A stretch of DNA of 38,338 bases, from assembly GCA_021785915.1 (NCBI GenBank), contig JAJYEF010000002.1, forward strand, positions 1 through 38,338, written 5' to 3'. This stretch comes from a bacterium. GTDB taxonomy: Bacteria; Patescibacteriota; Microgenomatia; Levybacterales; UBA12049. The notes beneath the pieces were generated by a model that ran no database searches, was not told the DNA's origin, and saw only the letters and a list, made by a program, of their open reading frames with translations. Shown here one piece after another: positions 23,398 through 32,304 of this stretch (position 1 is the stretch's first letter; each line of letters opens with the position of its first letter). The position numbers were made by a program, and so were the translations under genes.

Positions 23398-25542
23398 TTA
23401 CGGCCAATCCGAAACTATTAAATCTTCTTTTGCCTTATACAATACATCGTAAATTTCCTCCGTAACAAACGGCATGAAAGGATGTAAAAGCTTAAGGCAC
23501 CTTTCATAAACATCCACCAGAACAACCAAAGACTGGGTTTTGTCTTTGCTTTGCTTTACGTATTCTATGTATTTATCCGCTAAAGTATGCCAGATGAAGT
23601 GGTAAAGGTTCTCTGCCGCGAAATTAAATTGATATCTGTCCAGATGCTTTGTGACGGCTTTCTCAAGTTCTTTTGTTTTTAAATTTATTTTCTGTTCCTC
23701 CTCCCCCAATCGGCCTTTTGAATCCGGCTTAACTTTTAACTCTCTTCCTATATCCTCAACAGAAATTGCATTTTCGTTAAGCTCTATTTCGATAAACCTT
23801 GCCATATTCCAAAGCTTGTTGGTAAATTTTCTTGCCGCCTCGAGTTTTGGGTATGAAAGTGATTGGTCATTTCCAAGTGCCGTTCCGTAGACAAGCGCAA
23901 ACCTTACGGCGTCCGCTCCGTACTGCTCGACGACCTCCAAGGGGTCAATAACATTACCCTTGCTTTTGCTCATTTTTTTACCAAGAGGATCTTTTACCAA
24001 ACCGTGTAAAACGACATCTTGAAAGGGTATTTGCTTTCTTTCGTCTTCCACTTCGAGTTTTTTTTGCATATAAATTCCCAGCATCACCATTCTTGCAACC
24101 CACCAGCGCAGAATGTCATATCCTGTTTCCATAACGGTCGTCGGATAATAATCAAGATTGTCCGTACTTTTTAAAGTCGCATAAGGCCATTGCCCGGACG
24201 AAAACCATGTATCAAATGTATCATCATCCTGCTTTATGTTTTTCGATGAGCAATTCGAGCATTTTTCAGGGGTTTTACCTTCGGCAACTGTCCATTCCTG
24301 ACAGTCGCCGCATTTCCATGCTGGGATCCTGATTCCCCAGACGATCTGTCTTGAAATATTCCAGTCCTTGATGTTTTCCAAAAACTGAAAATAATGTTTT
24401 TCCATCGATTTGGGATATATTTTTATGTAGCTCTTCCTGACCACGTCTATTGCGGGTTTTGCCAAAGGCTCCATCTTTACAAACCACTGCTCAAGCGGCA
24501 AAGGCTCTATCGGGTTTTTGCATTTATAACAAAGCCCGATTCTGTGTACATAGTTTTCGTCGATATGGTCTATTAATCCTTTTTCCTGCATCTCTTCTAC
24601 GACCGCTCTTCTTGCCTGCTTTATATACATCCCGGAAAACTTCCCGGCTTTATCGTTCATCTTGCCGTCGTAATTTATTACCTGAACCATCGGAAGGTCA
24701 TGCCTTAAAGAAACCTCATAATCGTCAAAGTCATGGGCCGGAGTTATTTTTACGATACCTGTTCCAAACTCCGGATCGACCATCTTATCGGCAATCACTT
24801 TTATCTTCGCCTTTCCCAGAACCGTTTCTATATCCAAAGTCCTGCCAATGTATTCTTTGTATCTTTTGTCATTGGGATTTACCGCAACCGCCGTATCGCC
24901 GAATTTCGTCTCGGGCCTTGTCGTCGCAAGGACCAAAGGACCGTATTTGATGTAGTACAAAGGGTCTTTCCTTTCTTCATAGATTACTTCAAGGTCCGAA
25001 AAGGAAGTTCCGTCAAAAGTGCAGTAATTAACAAGCCTTTTTGCCCTGTACACCAAACCATCATCGAAGAGCTGTTTAAAAGTCTTGTAAACGATTTTTA
25101 CGACATCTTCGTCAAGTGTAAATTTCTTTTTTTGCCAATCGAGAGAAAACCCAAGACGCCTTAGCTGACCTTCCATAACGGGGCGGTTTCCCTGGACAAA
25201 ATCCCAAACCATTTTGTATAGAACTTCCCTGTCGTAGTCAAAACGGCTTTTGCCTTCCCCCTGCAGCTTTTTTTCAAAAACGAACTGTGTTTCAAAACCC
25301 GCATGGTCCGCTCCGGGAAGCCACAAAGTTTTATCTCCAAGCATTCTGTGATAGCGGATCAGAATATCCTCAATAACATACATCGCATGGCCAAAATGAA
25401 GCGGAGCGTTCGCGTTTGGCGGGGGCAGAATTATTGAATACGGTTTTCCATTAGGATTTACTTTGGAAGAAAAATATCCATTCTCCTCCCAATTTTTATA
25501 AATTCTTTCTTCGACGCCCTTTTGGTTATAGACTTTATCCAT
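23398..25542 (-). CDS. valS: Valyl-tRNA synthetase (short form, 714 aa)
   Basis: 'PPPNANAPLHFGHA', 'LWLPGADHAGFETQ', the editing-domain 'TTRPETKFGDTAVAVNPND' and 'KMSKSKGN' are all present. Confidence 0.93.
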   Translation of the reverse strand: MDKVYNQKGVEERIYKNWEENGYFSSKVNPNGKPYSIILPPPNANAPLHFGHAMYVIEDILIRYHRMLGDKTLWLPGADHAGFETQFVFEKKLQGEGKSRFDYDREVLYKMVWDFVQGNRPVMEGQLRRLGFSLDWQKKKFTLDEDVVKIVYKTFKQLFDDGLVYRAKRLVNYCTFDGTSFSDLEVIYEERKDPLYYIKYGPLVLATTRPETKFGDTAVAVNPNDKRYKEYIGRTLDIETVLGKAKIKVIADKMVDPEFGTGIVKITPAHDFDDYEVSLRHDLPMVQVINYDGKMNDKAGKFSGMYIKQARRAVVEEMQEKGLIDHIDENYVHRIGLCYKCKNPIEPLPLEQWFVKMEPLAKPAIDVVRKSYIKIYPKSMEKHYFQFLENIKDWNISRQIVWGIRIPAWKCGDCQEWTVAEGKTPEKCSNCSSKNIKQDDDTFDTWFSSGQWPYATLKSTDNLDYYPTTVMETGYDILRWWVARMVMLGIYMQKKLEVEDERKQIPFQDVVLHGLVKDPLGKKMSKSKGNVIDPLEVVEQYGADAVRFALVYGTALGNDQSLSYPKLEAARKFTNKLWNMARFIEIELNENAISVEDIGRELKVKPDSKGRLGEEEQKINLKTKELEKAVTKHLDRYQFNFAAENLYHFIWHTLADKYIEYVKQSKDKTQSLVVLVDVYERCLKLLHPFMPFVTEEIYDVLYKAKEDLIVSDWP

Positions 25543-25584
25543 TCACATAATTCTAACATAGCCTCAGAACCTATTCAATAAAAT

Positions 25585-26889
25585 TTAGGGGAGGTCGACG
25601 AGCTTATAACCTCTCGTTTTTATTGTCTGTATTCCCAATTTGCCGTCGATTTTTTCCAGCTTATTTCTGACTCTTGCGACTAGCTTGTCGATCGCCCAGT
25701 CCGAAACCCCGAGATATTCTTCCTCGGGCCAAACCTCTTCGACAATCTTTTCCCTCTCGCAGATTTTTCCCTTATTTTCGAGGAGTAAATTGTATAAAAG
25801 GTTCTCTTTTCTGCTTAGCTCGCCGTTTGATTCCTTATGTTTGCTGTTGGCCTGTTTCGTTTTTACATAAATTTCAAAAAGCTTGCTGAATACTTGGAGA
25901 TTATTTTCCCCGGGAACCACCATTCCGGTATTCCACAGGTATTCACCCTGTTTTTCGTCGGCTTTTGATATTTTCTTTCCTTCAATAATCTTTAATAAAA
26001 CTTCCTTTTCGTTTTTACCCAAGCCCTCCCAGAGCTCTTCTGACTGAAGCAATACCCTTTCGTCGCTTTCCAGACCTTTGATAAGCTCCTCCCTGTTTTT
26101 TATCTGACTTTTACGCTCGTGAAGAAAAATCAAAGCAAGCTGCAAATACTGCGTATACCCGTCGACAACTGAAAATAAATATTCTTCAAGGTCCGGAGCA
26201 AGGGAGACGGAATACATTTTTTTATATGCCTGGTAAATGATCTTAATATCGTCCTTTTTGGCGGGCTTTACGTATATATTGTGCATAAATATTCCCCAGG
26301 AGGTTCTTGGCAGAACAGACGGTATTAATTTGGTCAAAGAAAGAGAACTTGTAAAAACAAATGCAACCTGCTGGTTCGTGGCCTTTATTCCTTCGAGGTT
26401 TGCAAAAAATTCCGGAGTTACGGCCCTGGATATCCTATCGAATCTTAAGAAAAATAATGTAGGGACAAATCCAGCTTCGCTTACTCTTAAAAGCGCTTTC
26501 CTTACGCTGTCGATCGTAAAAAATAAATCCTGAAGTTGAATGCTCTCCAAAAAAAGCGAATTTATTTCCTTTTTTAATATTTCACTTAAGGTTGAAGAAT
26601 CAACCTGGTCGGCAATTCTTTTTAAAGTTAAAGTCCAAAAAGGGGCGATCTCGCATTCCACAAGGTCGTTTAAATCGATGCTTATGAAAAGGTGCTTCTT
26701 ATAATCCTTAATGTAAGTCCCCGGAATATCTTTGTTGTTCAGGAAGAATCTCAAAAAATTGCTTATACCCACTTTTTTCATACCGACCAAAACCACCGAG
26801 TGCCGGTACTTTAAATGTTTCCCGAGTTCTAAAGCTTCTTCTTTCCTAAAATCAAGAGGGTATTCCTCCTCGATAATTTTGTGTGGCAT
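25585..26889 (-). CDS. ATPase-like N-terminal domain fused to an OmpR/PhoB-type winged-helix DNA-binding domain
   Basis: The C-terminal 'LSRKENLLYNLLLENKGKICEREKIVEEVW...AIDKLVARVRNKLEKI...IQTIKTRGYKL' matches trans_reg_C. The N-terminal 'VLVGMKKVGISNF' is P-loop-like. The ORF track extends to a TTG at 26931; the ATG at 26889 is preferred because a TTGCTA-N17-TATAAT promoter ends 10 nt upstream of it. Confidence 0.75.
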   Translation of the reverse strand: MPHKIIEEEYPLDFRKEEALELGKHLKYRHSVVLVGMKKVGISNFLRFFLNNKDIPGTYIKDYKKHLFISIDLNDLVECEIAPFWTLTLKRIADQVDSSTLSEILKKEINSLFLESIQLQDLFFTIDSVRKALLRVSEAGFVPTLFFLRFDRISRAVTPEFFANLEGIKATNQQVAFVFTSSLSLTKLIPSVLPRTSWGIFMHNIYVKPAKKDDIKIIYQAYKKMYSVSLAPDLEEYLFSVVDGYTQYLQLALIFLHERKSQIKNREELIKGLESDERVLLQSEELWEGLGKNEKEVLLKIIEGKKISKADEKQGEYLWNTGMVVPGENNLQVFSKLFEIYVKTKQANSKHKESNGELSRKENLLYNLLLENKGKICEREKIVEEVWPEEEYLGVSDWAIDKLVARVRNKLEKIDGKLGIQTIKTRGYKLVDLP

Positions 26890-26939
26890 AAGCCGAAAAA
26901 TTATAGATGGAAAAGCGCAATTTAGCAACAATAATTTTT

Positions 26940-26958
26940 ATGTCAGGAAAATGTCAGG
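26940..26958. promoter_or_regulatory. Tandem direct repeat ATGTCAGG-AAA-ATGTCAGG (11-bp period) upstream of the winged-helix regulator promoter
   Basis: Exact 8-mers occur at 26940-26947 and 26951-26958, about 12 bp upstream of the -35 (26923-26928, minus strand). Confidence 0.6.
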
Positions 26959-27014
26959 CAAAAATTCTTTATCCGTCAAGCAGTATGACTACGCTTTATA
27001 TATATTAGTCATGT

Positions 27015-27251
27015 ATGAGCATCGAGCAATTTTTTCCGGGAGCTGTAAGACAACCGGCAGATTTAATAATGGACGGTTTGGACCCCGATGAAGGGACAGA
27101 TATGCGTAATAATGGCCTGTTTAGCCAAACCAAAACCGGTGTACACAGAATGGAAAAAAATGGGGTAATCATAATTGCCCGAAGGGGGGAAATAGACCTG
27201 ACGGGCAGTCCCAAGTCCGAACCTCGTCCGACTCCTGAACAATTCAAGTAA
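27015..27251 (+). CDS. Hypothetical small protein (78 aa)
   Basis: It has a non-repetitive, protein-like composition and the same orientation as nth, which starts 40 nt downstream. Competing ORFs on the opposite strand look less protein-like. No family recognised. Confidence 0.4.
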   Translation: MSIEQFFPGAVRQPADLIMDGLDPDEGTDMRNNGLFSQTKTGVHRMEKNGVIIIARRGEIDLTGSPKSEPRPTPEQFK

Positions 27252-27291
27252 TTTTAAATCCGTCAATTTCCCGTGATGTATAATCATAACC

Positions 27292-27963
27292 ATGGACAAA
27301 AAACACGCGGAGAAAATATTGTTTCAATTAACTAAGCATTATCCCGATGCAAAAATAATTCTAACATATTCTAACAATTTTGAACTTTTGGTTTCGGTCA
27401 TGCTTTCGGCACAGACGACCGACACACAGGTCAATAAAGTCACCAAAAACTTGTTCCCTAAATACAGAAAGCCCGTCGCTGAATTTATCCTCCTTTACGA
27501 GAAATTTTCTGGTATCGGCATTCCAAATGACCAGCTAACCGAGATCGTAAATTTTGCAAACGTTCCCACGTTAGATCTTGAAAAGGACATAAGATCAATC
27601 GGACTTTATAAAAATAAGGCAAAAAATGTAAAAGCCGCCGCACAAATGATTCTGACAGATTTCAGGGGGAGGATTCCAAAAACAATAGGGGAACTTGTTA
27701 AAATTCCGGGCGTCGGAAGAAAAACCGCTAATGTAGTTTTGGGTAACGCTTACGGTATTGTGGAAGGAATAGCCGTTGACACACACGTTGCAAGGCTCTC
27801 CCGAACATACGGGTTTACGAGACAAAAGGATCCGGTAAAAATCGAAAAGGATCTCATGAATTTATTCGGGAAAAAAAACTGGTTCAAACTGACGTATCTA
27901 CTTATAGAGCACGGAAGAAGTGTGAGAAAACTTAAAAAAGACTTTATTTTGGAGAAAAACTGA
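27292..27963 (+). CDS. nth: Endonuclease III-like HhH-GPD DNA glycosylase, lacking the C-terminal Fe-S Cys cluster
   Basis: 'LLVSVMLSAQTTDTQVNKVT', 'IPGVGRKTANVVL' (catalytic Lys) and 'VDTHVARLS' (Asp) are all present. The protein ends '...LIEHGRSVRKLKKDFILEKN' with no Cys residues. Confidence 0.88.
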   Translation: MDKKHAEKILFQLTKHYPDAKIILTYSNNFELLVSVMLSAQTTDTQVNKVTKNLFPKYRKPVAEFILLYEKFSGIGIPNDQLTEIVNFANVPTLDLEKDIRSIGLYKNKAKNVKAAAQMILTDFRGRIPKTIGELVKIPGVGRKTANVVLGNAYGIVEGIAVDTHVARLSRTYGFTRQKDPVKIEKDLMNLFGKKNWFKLTYLLIEHGRSVRKLKKDFILEKN

Positions 27964-30577
27964 TATTTAGATTTTCATCCTCATCAACTTCTCCAGAGAA
28001 CCCAGCGCTTGAAGATGTATTTATAAGCTGGTTTGATGCCTGGGTAATTTTATAAGTGTCGGGGATCTCAAATGAAAAGCTGTATGGATACGAATCAACG
28101 CCCGGCTGCTTAAATAACTTAAGCGAATACGAAAACTCGGGTTGGAGCAAATTAAGCTTCTGGGACAATGTGTAGTTAAGAGTAACGCGAGAACTCTGCC
28201 CCGGAGCAATATTCACGGGAAATCCGATAACGTCTTTTCCGTCCTGGCTTCTCGTATAAACCTCGAGCCCTTGCGGGGGGCTGAAATTTTTTGCCTCATA
28301 GACAGACGGGTCAGTGATTGCCTGCACTATTTTTTGATCTTGTTCGTTTATGTATACAGAATCTAGCGTTGAAGAAGAAGGCAAAATAAAGTTTAAGTAA
28401 GTTTGGTAAAAATTGTCAGGATTATTGCCTGCATTGTTTTTTACTGTTAATGTAAGGCTTTCCAAAACGGCTCCGTTCGTAGAGATCATTACCCTCTGCG
28501 ATACGGCTCTGGTGGTATATAAATTTATGTTATTCCTGCCGATATTCGCCTCGCTTATTCCGGTAAAATCATTAATTGTACCGTCCTGTTGTTGTCTGTT
28601 GTCGACGATTGATGAGGAAAAACCGTTAAGAGCAAATGCAGCTTCCTGGTTTTCGTTATTAAAGGCAAACATCAGATGTTTTTGATACATGGAGGAAACC
28701 ATCAACTGCAAAACCTGTGTGGGAGAGATATTCGTTTCTTTAGAAAGTTTTGTAAACAACGCTGTGAGCAAGTCTTTAAGATATCCCTGGGGCTGATTTC
28801 TCTCGAGCATACTAAAAAAGTTATCACTGTTAACTATGTCCGCCGAATTAACCGGCGTAACCGGGCCGCTTATTTTAAGAAGGTCCTTCACAAAGTAAAG
28901 GTCCATGCCGATTACTCCGTCTACAACTGTCTGCTCTTCGGAATTTAATAGGGTCGCGGAAGCGACAGCGGCCTTAGAAAAATCAACATTAAAGCTGCTT
29001 TCCTTTAAGCTCCAGTTGTCTTCCGATAGATACCTTCTTACGGGGAAGGGCGGTTCGATGCGAGCTTTAAGATTGGCATCTGAAGATGAAGTATCGTAGA
29101 TGTTTGCCCCGGTTATCCTGCCTTTGTCGATATTTACAACCGCATAGTAGTTTATGACTCCTCCGCTTGGCCTGAGGATTGAGTTATCTTCAAACAAAAC
29201 GAGATAGGTTTTCTGGCCGTTAAACCCGAAGACGTCGGGCCACGTATCAAGCGTCGAGGACAAAACGCTCATGGCGTCGGCCAAAGACTTGTCAACAAGC
29301 TGGTCTTGGGGATTGATGTCTTTTTCCGTATTATAATAGTAAATCGTGTTTTTTAAATTTAAGATCGTATTCGAAAATTCAGAAGTTGAATTCGCCCACT
29401 TACCCGTAAGAAGCGGGCCCAAATTATTTAAAGATTGGGTCAGGTAATAATAAGTTTTTGCCGCGGCCTTCCACGTAGAAATCTCTGTGTTGAGTTTGCT
29501 TAAGTTTTGCGAAAACCCGAACGGTCCTATTTCCTGATCAAGCAAGAAAAAAGAGTCTGAGGAGAATTCAAAACTTTTCAGACTTAAAAAAGAGATCTTA
29601 TTTAGAGTACTCGTATTCCCCGTACTTATATTGTTATTCAAATACATCTGCAGCTTTTGGCCGATGAAAAAAAAGGAAGCGGTAGATACGACCGGGAGCA
29701 AAATTAGAGTAACAAGAAAAGTAAATGAAATTAAAAATAAAGGCGCTTTTGTTTTTGTTTGGGAAGTTCCTTCCGGTTGCGAGAAAGAACCAATATTCGA
29801 AAGGTCAATCTTTTTAATCCTTTCTTCGAGTTCGTATTTTCCGTCAAAACTGTATGTGCCATTTGCAAAAAAGTGCCCGTCTTTTTGTTTAATCTTCTTT
29901 TTCTCAAAATCGATTCTAAGGTCCGGCTTTGCCCTCTTAAAAATGCTCGCAAGCGTCAAAAGTGTCACGCCAAACCTGGGAAACAGATAATATACTTTGT
30001 CTTCCTGCTTTCCAAAACAAATTTCCAAAATCTTATCGACTACATCACCTAAGTAAACAGGATATTCTTCCAGCGTTCCGTCGCCGGGGATTGTTATTCT
30101 TCCCAAGGTTTTAACATCAAAAATAAATTTATTGACATAAGAGCTTTTATCAAGAACCTGCGCTTGTGCGAAAATGTCTCCAAAAACACCTACCGCAACT
30201 TTTTCATAATTTGATGTTGCATCAAATATGAATCTTTCGGTCAGGTCGTCTCTTCCTACTCCAATAAAAATAAAGGAGTTGTCCTGTTTTGCTTTTTTCA
30301 GAAAACTGTCTATTGCTCTTTTGGATACTTCGAGGCCTTCGTCTATCAATATTATGTGCGAGTATGAATTGTCGGGAATTGTCGGAAAACTTTTCGTAAA
30401 CGGTATATGCACGATGTTTTCGTGCTCTATGCCGGGGTTCTCCCTGCTGACAAAAACCACTAAAGACTCATTTTTAAGTTTTTCGCACAACGCCCTCCCT
30501 ATAAGTCCTTTTTTATCTACTATCAAGATCGGGCGCTCATATTTTTTTTCTGTGGTGAATAGGGCAGAGTGCGACAT
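27944..30577 (-). CDS. Large membrane protein: N-terminal Rossmann-like domain, TM segment and an extracytoplasmic DUF4012-like domain
   Basis: 'ILIVDKKGLIGRAL' is Rossmann-like, and the TM helix is 'APLFLISFTFLVTLILLPVV'. 'YLVLFEDNSILRPSGGVINYYAVV' resembles the DUF4012 core motif. Confidence 0.7.
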   Translation of the reverse strand: MSHSALFTTEKKYERPILIVDKKGLIGRALCEKLKNESLVVFVSRENPGIEHENIVHIPFTKSFPTIPDNSYSHIILIDEGLEVSKRAIDSFLKKAKQDNSFIFIGVGRDDLTERFIFDATSNYEKVAVGVFGDIFAQAQVLDKSSYVNKFIFDVKTLGRITIPGDGTLEEYPVYLGDVVDKILEICFGKQEDKVYYLFPRFGVTLLTLASIFKRAKPDLRIDFEKKKIKQKDGHFFANGTYSFDGKYELEERIKKIDLSNIGSFSQPEGTSQTKTKAPLFLISFTFLVTLILLPVVSTASFFFIGQKLQMYLNNNISTGNTSTLNKISFLSLKSFEFSSDSFFLLDQEIGPFGFSQNLSKLNTEISTWKAAAKTYYYLTQSLNNLGPLLTGKWANSTSEFSNTILNLKNTIYYYNTEKDINPQDQLVDKSLADAMSVLSSTLDTWPDVFGFNGQKTYLVLFEDNSILRPSGGVINYYAVVNIDKGRITGANIYDTSSSDANLKARIEPPFPVRRYLSEDNWSLKESSFNVDFSKAAVASATLLNSEEQTVVDGVIGMDLYFVKDLLKISGPVTPVNSADIVNSDNFFSMLERNQPQGYLKDLLTALFTKLSKETNISPTQVLQLMVSSMYQKHLMFAFNNENQEAAFALNGFSSSIVDNRQQQDGTINDFTGISEANIGRNNINLYTTRAVSQRVMISTNGAVLESLTLTVKNNAGNNPDNFYQTYLNFILPSSSTLDSVYINEQDQKIVQAITDPSVYEAKNFSPPQGLEVYTRSQDGKDVIGFPVNIAPGQSSRVTLNYTLSQKLNLLQPEFSYSLKLFKQPGVDSYPYSFSFEIPDTYKITQASNQLINTSSSAGFSGEVDEDENLNISFSPK

Positions 30578-30597
30578 TGATTATTATTTTAATCAGT

Positions 30598-31017
30598 CTA
30601 GCTTCTGTTGTCCAGGGCAAGGTTGACCAAGGCGTCGGCTTGTTTGTTCCTTTCCCTTGGAACGTGGTTATAATATATTGGCGTGCCGATTTCTTTTTCC
30701 TTTTTTCTTATTTCGAACATCATCTCGCGTATCCTGTCATTTTTTATCTTATAAATTCCGACAAGCTGGGAATACGCAAGCTGGGAGTCCATATAAAAAT
30801 AAATTCTGTCGGCGCCTGCCGTGTCCTTATTTTTTATAATCCAGTTAAGTGCTTCGATTATGGCCGAATACTCGGCGACGTTATTCGTCGTCTCGCCTAT
30901 ATACTTGCCGATCTGTGCAAGAATCTCATTTTTATTGTTTTTAATAAATACCCCCAGTGCCGCAGGGCCCGGGTTTCCTCTTGCCCCGCCGTCTGTAAAT
31001 ACAATAATATCAGTCAT
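30598..31017 (-). CDS. rnhA: Ribonuclease HI
   Basis: 'TDGGARGNPGPAA', 'TNNVAEYSAIIEAL', 'MDSQL' and 'NKQADALVN' are present and carry the DEDD catalytic residues. Confidence 0.88.
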   Translation of the reverse strand: MTDIIVFTDGGARGNPGPAALGVFIKNNKNEILAQIGKYIGETTNNVAEYSAIIEALNWIIKNKDTAGADRIYFYMDSQLAYSQLVGIYKIKNDRIREMMFEIRKKEKEIGTPIYYNHVPRERNKQADALVNLALDNRS

Positions 31018-31023
31018 GATTTT

Positions 31024-32253
31024 TTATTCCGTTTCGGATATTTTTTTTACCGTTAATATTTTATACGACAAGAACAGAAAAACAAGGGCTTCCGAAAAAA
31101 CAGTAATCGTGGAAGATGCAATATATGAAAACCTTGGGATAAATAATATATTTAAAACAATGTTTACAAAAGCCGAGAATACGTAAACGTACATTAAGTA
31201 TTTTTGTTTTTGTAGGGTAATTAAAACCCACTGTAAAAAACTCGTCGTAAAGAAAAACGGAAGGGACAAAAGGAGTATCCTGAATGGAACGATCGAGTCG
31301 TAAAATCCGGCGCTTATAAGTTTAAAAAGTGGCGAGACAAACCAGAACGGAATTATCACAATGACGGATATTATGATAAACAAAAGAAAATATCTTCCGA
31401 CGTTTTTGAAAAAAAGTTCTTTGTTTTGCTTTTGCTTAATTAAGATCGGATAGATTGCGTTTGACATAAAAAGAGGAAGCGCGATCAAGAAATCAAAAAA
31501 TTTATATGAAAGGCCGTAGACCCCTACGTCTGTGGTTCCCTTTAAAAGTGCGAGCAAAAAAATATCTACCCTGAAATATATTAAATTGAATACAAGCATC
31601 AAAGAAAGCGGAATAGATCTTGTCAGAAGCTTTTTTGAAAATATCTTGTCCAAAAGTACGGGAAATATTTTTTCTTTTGTAAAAAAGACCAGTAAAAAAG
31701 CCGAAACAAAATTGCTGATCAGAAAAGCTAAAAATATGTAAAAAATAGAAAAATTCAGAAATGCGAACAAAAAAACTGCAGCAAGATTAACCGCCGAACC
31801 GATCACAACGCCTAACATGTATGGATAGTAGTTTAAGTTTTTCTGGAAAATTGCGGAGGCCGAGTAAATCGCGCCTTGAAAAAAAACGGTCAGTGAAAAA
31901 AACAAAATTCCTATTTTTACCGAGTTTGAAAATCCCGTATTAAGCGCGCCGTTAAAAGGCAGGAAATATGAAATAATATTTATCGCGATAAAGACACACG
32001 CTGACAGCAAAATCCTCAAATAAAATAAATTCTTAAAGTTTGCCTTCTCTTCCTGAAGGAAAAATGCGTTAAGTCCAAAATCCACGACAAGATAAAACAT
32101 CGCAACGAATGAGGTAACTTTTATAAAGTCTCCGTACCCCGCGACTCCGAAAGTTTTTGCAACGATAATTGTCACCAAAAAACCTACAAATGCCGTCGCA
32201 CCCCTGGCCAGGACCTGGAAAACGGTATTTTTGGCGACAAGAATATGTTCCAT
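31024..32253 (-). CDS. Polysaccharide/oligosaccharide flippase (MOP superfamily, Wzx-like)
   Basis: 409 aa and about 12 TM helices, with an N-terminal 'KNTVFQVLARGATAFVGFLVTIIVAKTFGVAGYGDF' typical of the Polysacc_synt family. Confidence 0.75.
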   Translation of the reverse strand: MEHILVAKNTVFQVLARGATAFVGFLVTIIVAKTFGVAGYGDFIKVTSFVAMFYLVVDFGLNAFFLQEEKANFKNLFYLRILLSACVFIAINIISYFLPFNGALNTGFSNSVKIGILFFSLTVFFQGAIYSASAIFQKNLNYYPYMLGVVIGSAVNLAAVFLFAFLNFSIFYIFLAFLISNFVSAFLLVFFTKEKIFPVLLDKIFSKKLLTRSIPLSLMLVFNLIYFRVDIFLLALLKGTTDVGVYGLSYKFFDFLIALPLFMSNAIYPILIKQKQNKELFFKNVGRYFLLFIIISVIVIIPFWFVSPLFKLISAGFYDSIVPFRILLLSLPFFFTTSFLQWVLITLQKQKYLMYVYVFSAFVNIVLNILFIPRFSYIASSTITVFSEALVFLFLSYKILTVKKISETE

Positions 32254-32304
32254 AGTTCTTATTCTAGCAGTTTTTTTAATAAGCGGCGTTTTTTGTAAAA
32301 GGGG

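Noticed and set aside
23651-25164. Several ORFs (23651-23890, 24275-24487, 24394-24576, 24450-24950 and 24733-25164) inside valS
   Set aside because: All are nested in or antisense to a full-length ValRS with every signature motif present, so they are shadows.
26990-27251. GC-richer spacer with open frames on both strands, considered as tmRNA, RNase P RNA or SRP RNA
   Set aside because: I could not find a tRNA-like acceptor/T-arm end, the GGAAAGUCCGG-type RNase P core or the SRP domain IV motif. The + strand 78-aa ORF has a plausible protein composition, so it is listed as a low-confidence CDS instead.
28021-30626. Numerous short ORFs on both strands inside 27944-30577
   Set aside because: All are embedded in the single 877-aa DUF4012-type ORF. 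None has a recognisable motif.
30577-31186. + strand ORFs 30577-31056, 30657-30839 and 30821-31186
   Set aside because: They are antisense to the RNase HI gene and the flippase 3' end, and have shadow-ORF composition.
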